64,000 bases of DNA from a bacterium (GTDB lineage Bacteria > Patescibacteriota > CPR2 > UBA1875 > JAJYID01): the NCBI GenBank assembly GCA_021796415.1, contig JAJYJC010000002.1:7983-71982 (forward strand), read 5' to 3'. Every line of letters begins with the position of its first letter. Positions within the stretch are counted from its first letter, which is position 1. The translations under genes and the position numbers were made by a program. The notes beneath the pieces were generated by a model that had not been told where the DNA came from, did no database searches, and worked only from the letters and a program-made list of their open reading frames with translations. Positions 59,247 through 64,000 of this stretch are shown one piece after another.

Positions 59247-60191
59247 TCAAACCAATATGTTTCCGATAATTGAATTATTGCCGATAATGAAATCGCTTGT
59301 AACGAGCGGTTTTTTTCCTTCAAGCTGAACTTTTTTGAGGACAAGTACGCCGTTTCCGGTTTGCACACCGTATTCTTTATTTCCGAGGTCCACGAATGTG
59401 CCGGGTTTCTCGTCCGACTTCTCATTTGTGGCATTGGCCTCAATAACCTTCAACAATTTTTTATTCCAATAAGTATAAGTTCCCGGCCAGGGCGTGTATG
59501 CCCTGACTTTTCTTTCGATATTTTCAGCGGATTCGCTCCAGTCAATTGCACCATCTGTTTTTTGGATCATTTTTGTGAATGTGGCTTGCGAGTGATCCTG
59601 CCTTTGGGGAGTAATCGTGCCGGTGGTGTAGCTTTTGATAACATCGATTATTTTCTTTGCAGCTAGGCTTGAGAGTCCACTGCCAAGGCTCGCGGTAGTT
59701 TCTCTGCCGTCTAAATTGATTGCAAATTGCGAAACCACATCTCCCGCGTCCACTTCGGCTGCCATTTTTTGAATGGTGATACCGGCCTTTTTGTCGCCAG
59801 CAAGTATGGTGGCTTGGACGGGACATGACCCGCGATGTAGGGGGAGAAGAGAAAAGTGAACGTTTAGAAATCCGTATTTTGGCATGTCTAGAGTAACTTG
59901 TGTAATTATTATCCCAAGAGACGCGACAATAACGATATCGGGCTTGATTCTTGCGACTATTTCCTCCATTTCCAGCTTGTTTTTAGGTTCAAAGATGGGA
60001 ACATTATTTTTTTGAGCCATTTGCTTAATGGGTGAGATTGTGACTTTTCCGCCGCGTCCTTTTGGCTTGTCCCTCTTGGTGAGTAATGTTAAGTCGCTGT
60101 AGTTCTCGGTTAAGGCTTTAAAGATCGGCAAGGCGAAAGACCCGCCGCCGGCAAAGGCTACTTTAAGAGAATCTTGGGTTTTTGTCTTCAA
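59247..60191 (-). CDS. fmt: methionyl-tRNA formyltransferase
   Basis: HFSLLPLHRGSCPVQATILAGDKKAGITIQKMAAEVDAGDV plus a C-terminal domain. Downstream of def. Confidence 0.8.
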   Translation of the reverse strand: MKTKTQDSLKVAFAGGGSFALPIFKALTENYSDLTLLTKRDKPKGRGGKVTISPIKQMAQKNNVPIFEPKNKLEMEEIVARIKPDIVIVASLGIIITQVTLDMPKYGFLNVHFSLLPLHRGSCPVQATILAGDKKAGITIQKMAAEVDAGDVVSQFAINLDGRETTASLGSGLSSLAAKKIIDVIKSYTTGTITPQRQDHSQATFTKMIQKTDGAIDWSESAENIERKVRAYTPWPGTYTYWNKKLLKVIEANATNEKSDEKPGTFVDLGNKEYGVQTGNGVLVLKKVQLEGKKPLVTSDFIIGNNSIIGNILV

Positions 60192-60699
60192 TTTCTACCT
60201 TTCTGAGCTTATTTTTGTCAGTCAATCTATCTACAAAAAGTATTCCATCTAAGTGATCTACCTCATGCTGTATGATCCTTGCTAATAAACCCGAAGCATT
60301 TTTTTTCACTTCTTTTCCATTGATGTCCATGGCCTTAAATCTAACCTTTTTCGATCTCTCAACAGGACCATAATATCCGATATAACTCATACATCCTTCC
60401 TCGTCTATTTCCTTTTCCTTGGAAAATTTGGTTATAACCGGATTAATGTATGCGGCAAGGGGAATTGCCTTTTGGATTACCTTTCCTTCAGAATCTCTCT
60501 GCTCATTGACCCCGATCACTATCATTCTTACATTTTCGCCGATTTGGGGCGCCGCCAAAGCCAATCCAAGTTTATTCTCGGTCAATGTAAAAAGCATCCG
60601 TTCTGCCAGATTTAGGGTCTCTTCGTCCAAAACGGTTATTTCTTTGGATTCTTTTCTAAGAATCGGGTTTGGTATAGTCAAAATTTTATATGGTTTCAT
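60163..60699 (-). CDS. def: peptide deformylase
   Basis: GLAAPQIG, EGCMS and QHEVDHLDG motifs. Confidence 0.9.
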   Translation of the reverse strand: MKPYKILTIPNPILRKESKEITVLDEETLNLAERMLFTLTENKLGLALAAPQIGENVRMIVIGVNEQRDSEGKVIQKAIPLAAYINPVITKFSKEKEIDEEGCMSYIGYYGPVERSKKVRFKAMDINGKEVKKNASGLLARIIQHEVDHLDGILFVDRLTDKNKLRKVEIEDKNPRFS

Positions 60700-62663
60700 T
60701 AGGTTACGCCCATGGGGTTAATGTCTATTTTCCAGTCTTTTGGAATATATTGTACCACTTTTTCTACAATATCAGCAAGATTTTTGTCCGGCGATATTTT
60801 CAATAAAATCTGCCAACGATATAAATTGTTTATTTTTGGTAAGAAAGCAGGGGACGGACCGACCAAAATGATTCCTTTATTATCCTCTATAATTTTCTGG
60901 GTAATAATTTTGCTCAAAGACTTTGACTCGGACTCTGCGCGCGCATTATCTTTGTGCGCATAGGAAAGGTGTATCAAGCGAGAAAACGGCGGGTAGAAAA
61001 GCTCCTTTCTCCGTGGTATTTCATACTCGAAGAAGGCAGGATAATCGTGCCTGGAAGCCATTTTGAGCACCGGATTTTCGGGGTCGTAAGTTTGCAGAAT
61101 TATCTTGCCTCTGTTTGCGCCCCTGCCGGTCCTTCCCGACACTTGCGTTACCAAACTAAAGGCATGTTCGGAGGCGCGAAAATCAGGGAGATTTAGTATA
61201 TTGTCGGCGCTGATTATCCCGACCAGATCGACATCCGGGAGATCCCATCCTTTTGCTATCATTTGGGTGCCGACCAAAATGTCAAAATCTTTATTTTTAA
61301 ACTCCTCATAGATATTTTTGTGATCGCGCCTCACAGAATCGGCATCCATTCTCTTCACTCTTGCTTCCGGGAATAGCTCCTTTATTTCCTTTTCAATCTT
61401 TTGGGTTCCTTTGCCGAAGTATTTTATGGCGTGCGATGAACATTTTGGGCAGACTGTCGGGACGGTGGTTTTGTATTCGCAATGATGGCAAAACAAGCCA
61501 TTTTGCCCTCTTGTGTCATGATAGACCAAAGGAATATCGCAGTTTGGGCAGTTTACCACATACCCGCAATCGCGGCAGGAGACAAAGGTAGAAAAGCCTC
61601 GGCGGTTCATGAAAAGAACGGCCTGCCTTTTGTTCTCAAGCACCTTTTTTATCTCGGCTTGAAGCTTCCTCGAAAGAACAGACCTATTGCCGTAGTGAAA
61701 TTCTTCGGACATGTTGACGATTTCTGTCTCCGGCATTTTGTCCTGGACGTATCTCTCATCCAAGATATGGAGCTGGCATTTGTTGTTTTTTGCGCAAAAA
61801 AATGTTTCAACAGATGGTGTGGCGCTGCCCAAAATCAAAATGCTTTTCGTGAGCTTGGAAAATTCTTCGGCGACTTCACGGGTTAAATATCTTGGGTTTT
61901 TGTCCTGCTTGTAGCTTGTCTCATGTTCCTCGTCTATCACAATTAGCCCCAAATTATTAAACGGTAGAAAGAGAGCGCTTCTGGAACCGATAACTATGTT
62001 TTTCTGCCCTTCCAGTATGCTTTTCCAGACACCCGCCCTCTCCGTTTCTTTTAAATAGCTATGGTAAAGGGCAACTTGGCCCGGGAATCTCTCTTCAAAT
62101 CTGGTGACGGTTTGGGGTGTCAGGGCAACCTCGGGCACCAATATGACAGCTTGCTTTCCGGATGATGCAACTTCTTCCAAAACATCAAGATATACTTCGG
62201 TTTTGCCGGACCCGGTTACTCCGAAAATGAGATGCGGCTTATCCCGATTTTCCAGAATAGACTTAGCGATTTTTGCCTGATTTTTTGTGAGTTCAGGCCT
62301 TTTGCGTATCTGCCGATGGAGCTTCTGGGGGCTAGTCGCCCTTCTTTTTTTTAGCGCGCCTGTCGGCAGCAGGGTTTTTGCAATCTCGGAAACGGGTGAA
62401 GCGCAGCGGTCGCGCATCCACGGCACAATCTGCACCAAATGCCAAGGAAGCGGCGTATCCTCCAAAATGCCGGTAATCTCCCTAGTGTGAAACGGAGGTT
62501 TTTTCGTAAAATTCAAAACTATTCCTACGGCTTTTTTGCTTCTGAACGGCAAAGACACGATGTGGCCGACCCTAATCTGATTTTCAAGTGAATCAGACAC
62601 ATGATAAGTAAAAAAATCCTGCTTCCCGCCGCCGCTAGCAACCGCGCAAACAACATATTTCAT
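60699..62663 (-). CDS. priA: primosomal protein N' (PriA helicase)
   Basis: Walker A GVTGSGKTEVY. DEEH box. Zn-binding CRDCGYVVNCPNCD...CHHCEY...CPKC. Confidence 0.9.
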   Translation of the reverse strand: MKYVVCAVASGGGKQDFFTYHVSDSLENQIRVGHIVSLPFRSKKAVGIVLNFTKKPPFHTREITGILEDTPLPWHLVQIVPWMRDRCASPVSEIAKTLLPTGALKKRRATSPQKLHRQIRKRPELTKNQAKIAKSILENRDKPHLIFGVTGSGKTEVYLDVLEEVASSGKQAVILVPEVALTPQTVTRFEERFPGQVALYHSYLKETERAGVWKSILEGQKNIVIGSRSALFLPFNNLGLIVIDEEHETSYKQDKNPRYLTREVAEEFSKLTKSILILGSATPSVETFFCAKNNKCQLHILDERYVQDKMPETEIVNMSEEFHYGNRSVLSRKLQAEIKKVLENKRQAVLFMNRRGFSTFVSCRDCGYVVNCPNCDIPLVYHDTRGQNGLFCHHCEYKTTVPTVCPKCSSHAIKYFGKGTQKIEKEIKELFPEARVKRMDADSVRRDHKNIYEEFKNKDFDILVGTQMIAKGWDLPDVDLVGIISADNILNLPDFRASEHAFSLVTQVSGRTGRGANRGKIILQTYDPENPVLKMASRHDYPAFFEYEIPRRKELFYPPFSRLIHLSYAHKDNARAESESKSLSKIITQKIIEDNKGIILVGPSPAFLPKINNLYRWQILLKISPDKNLADIVEKVVQYIPKDWKIDINPMGVT

Positions 62664-62823
62664 ACGATTATTATAGGTTATTGCAAGATAAACATAAATA
62701 GCTTTAGCTTGTTTACATTTATGCTTAAAAGTGCTAAAATTGACCTAGATTGTGGGGAATAAGAGTAAGAGGCAAGCCTCTTATTTCCTTTTCTGCAAAG
62801 CACGTATCAATTGGGAGGATGGA

Positions 62824-63363
62824 ATGCCAGAAGAATGTTTGAAGTCCGGCCTTACTCATCACAAAGTTTTGGGTGAGGAGGTCGGAGCGTCATTCCGGGT
62901 GAACGTCAAGGTCGAAGGGGTACCATTGGCGAGCAAATCGCGGCTCATGGTCTGCTCAGGTTTTGGTCCGGGATATTACCTGTTCCACGGAGTAGGTATC
63001 TTCCTGGACAGAAGGGGCCTGTTCTTCGACTACCGAGAATACGGGCGGCATGAACTCTCGTGTCTGTGGCGCGAGGCAAGTGGCGATGGCGGTAAGACTC
63101 ATCATGGTCTCGAGCTGATCGAAGGCGGGTTCAAGAATGGTCGCCCTCGTTTCACCATGGACGACGGGATGGTGCGCGGGGCGCTCGAAGCGGAGAACAG
63201 GGACGACACAATCGTCCTGGTCTTCGACTTCATCGATGGTGCGCGGCGGCACGTTTTAATCGAAGGAACTGACAAGATTCTTCTCGGAAAGGCAATGGGC
63301 ATAGCAGATAAAGCCTACAATGCCTTCTCGTTTGAGGAAGCGGAAGCAAAGGAGCTCGCATGA
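62824..63363 (+). CDS. hypothetical protein (~179 aa), GC-rich (~58%)
   Basis: ATG preceded by gggagg. Composition unlike the flanking core genes. Confidence 0.45.
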   Translation: MPEECLKSGLTHHKVLGEEVGASFRVNVKVEGVPLASKSRLMVCSGFGPGYYLFHGVGIFLDRRGLFFDYREYGRHELSCLWREASGDGGKTHHGLELIEGGFKNGRPRFTMDDGMVRGALEAENRDDTIVLVFDFIDGARRHVLIEGTDKILLGKAMGIADKAYNAFSFEEAEAKELA

Positions 63364-63494
63364 GGAACTCATTAGTCTCTATTGCTGGCAAGGTTCTGTG
63401 GGGCATCTTTGCTGTCTTAATCCTCGTTGGGGCTGGTGCCGTGTTTTTTATTCTGCTTCATGCCCCTGCCGGCAGTCATCCGTACGGTCCATAG
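63360..63494 (+). CDS. small membrane protein (~44 aa), translationally coupled
   Basis: ATGA overlap with the upstream stop. Single TM helix. Confidence 0.25.
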   Translation: MRNSLVSIAGKVLWGIFAVLILVGAGAVFFILLHAPAGSHPYGP

Positions 63495-63796
63495 GACACC
63501 TCTTCACAGATTCCAAAGCTTCCCCGTTTGGCAAGGCGGGGAAGACGCCACCCGTGGCAGGGCGGGTTCCCTCGTTGAGGGAGCCCGCCCAAAAAAGTTT
63601 TCAAAGTTTCCCAATCGGCGCATTGGGAAAGAAACATTCAATCTCCCCTAGTCGCGCCAGGGCGGTCCCTTTCTTCGGGGCCGCCCAATTTCGTTAGAGG
63701 GCTACTCTATTACAATAAATTTATGATATAATGTACTTACGTTTTAAAAACTGCAGGAGAGGTTTAGAGTTTTTTTACGCGCAACTTAGGAGGTAA

Positions 63797-64000
63797 TGTG
63801 CCGGTATCTCTGATCGACATAGAAATGCCTTGTTCCACAGTTATTATGGTGAATTCCAGGGCTTTGGATCGGGAAAAAATCGACATTCTTGAACTGAACC
63901 TGAAAATCGCCGTTAAACGCCTGCCCGTTAGGGAATTTACGAGGCATGGCCAATGGATATGTATTGAGCTTTCTGAGCCAGACAGGAGCTTTTCTCTCAA
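63797..64000 (+). CDS. hypothetical protein, 5' part (runs off the window), GTG start after taggaggt
   Basis: Open frame to the window end with a strong SD. The competing minus-strand ORF 63764-64000 cannot be excluded. Confidence 0.3.

Overview
This 64-kb window is a mosaic fragment from a small-genome bacterium, probably Patescibacteria/CPR-like. That call is an inference from four things: the 23S rRNA is interrupted by several insertions, one carrying a LAGLIDADG homing endonuclease; there is no 16S next to the 23S-5S pair; there are many small genes; and there is a Gram-positive-style type IV secretion cluster. GC content alternates between roughly 33% and 60% blocks.

The window contains:
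(i) a block of small minus-strand genes with strong Shine-Dalgarno sites and an AT-rich islet carrying a kinase-fold phosphotransferase and a nucleoside 2-deoxyribosyltransferase-like gene;
(ii) a sigma-70-family protein with a ~400-aa C-terminal repeat extension;
(iii) a second AT-rich islet (second kinase-fold protein, DUF3800-like gene) and a promoter-to-terminator candidate small RNA;
(iv) a tandem array of five small paralogous membrane-protein genes whose promoter/leader is duplicated 4 kb downstream in front of another small-gene operon;
(v) a second sigma-like protein with three N-terminal repeats;
(vi) a T4SS-like cluster: pilin-like protein, pilin-VirB6 fusion, VirB3-like protein, split VirB4 ATPase, M23 peptidase;
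(vii) a complete diversity-generating retroelement (DGR). It has a reverse transcriptase (RT) with the DGR-type LGNxxSQ motif, an Avd-like four-helix-bundle gene, one 113-bp template repeat (TR) and two 113-bp variable repeats (VRs) that differ from the TR only at TR adenines. The VRs sit at the C-termini of two paralogous target proteins. One target is fused to an AAA_5/MoxR-like ATPase that lies downstream of a VWA/HExxH partner gene;
(viii) a PLD-family nuclease plus XRE regulator, two NUDIX hydrolases and other small enzymes;
(ix) an rrl-rrf (23S-5S) locus with several 23S insertions, four copies of a palindromic repeat and degenerate 5S duplicates;
(x) GC-rich islets, including a DGQHR/ParB-nuclease-like gene and secreted proteins;
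(xi) a conserved core block rpsA, infB, rbfA, a DHH phosphoesterase, a receiver domain, and priA-def-fmt on the minus strand.

The most notable system is the DGR together with the ATPase/VWA gene pair, directly next to the T4SS.
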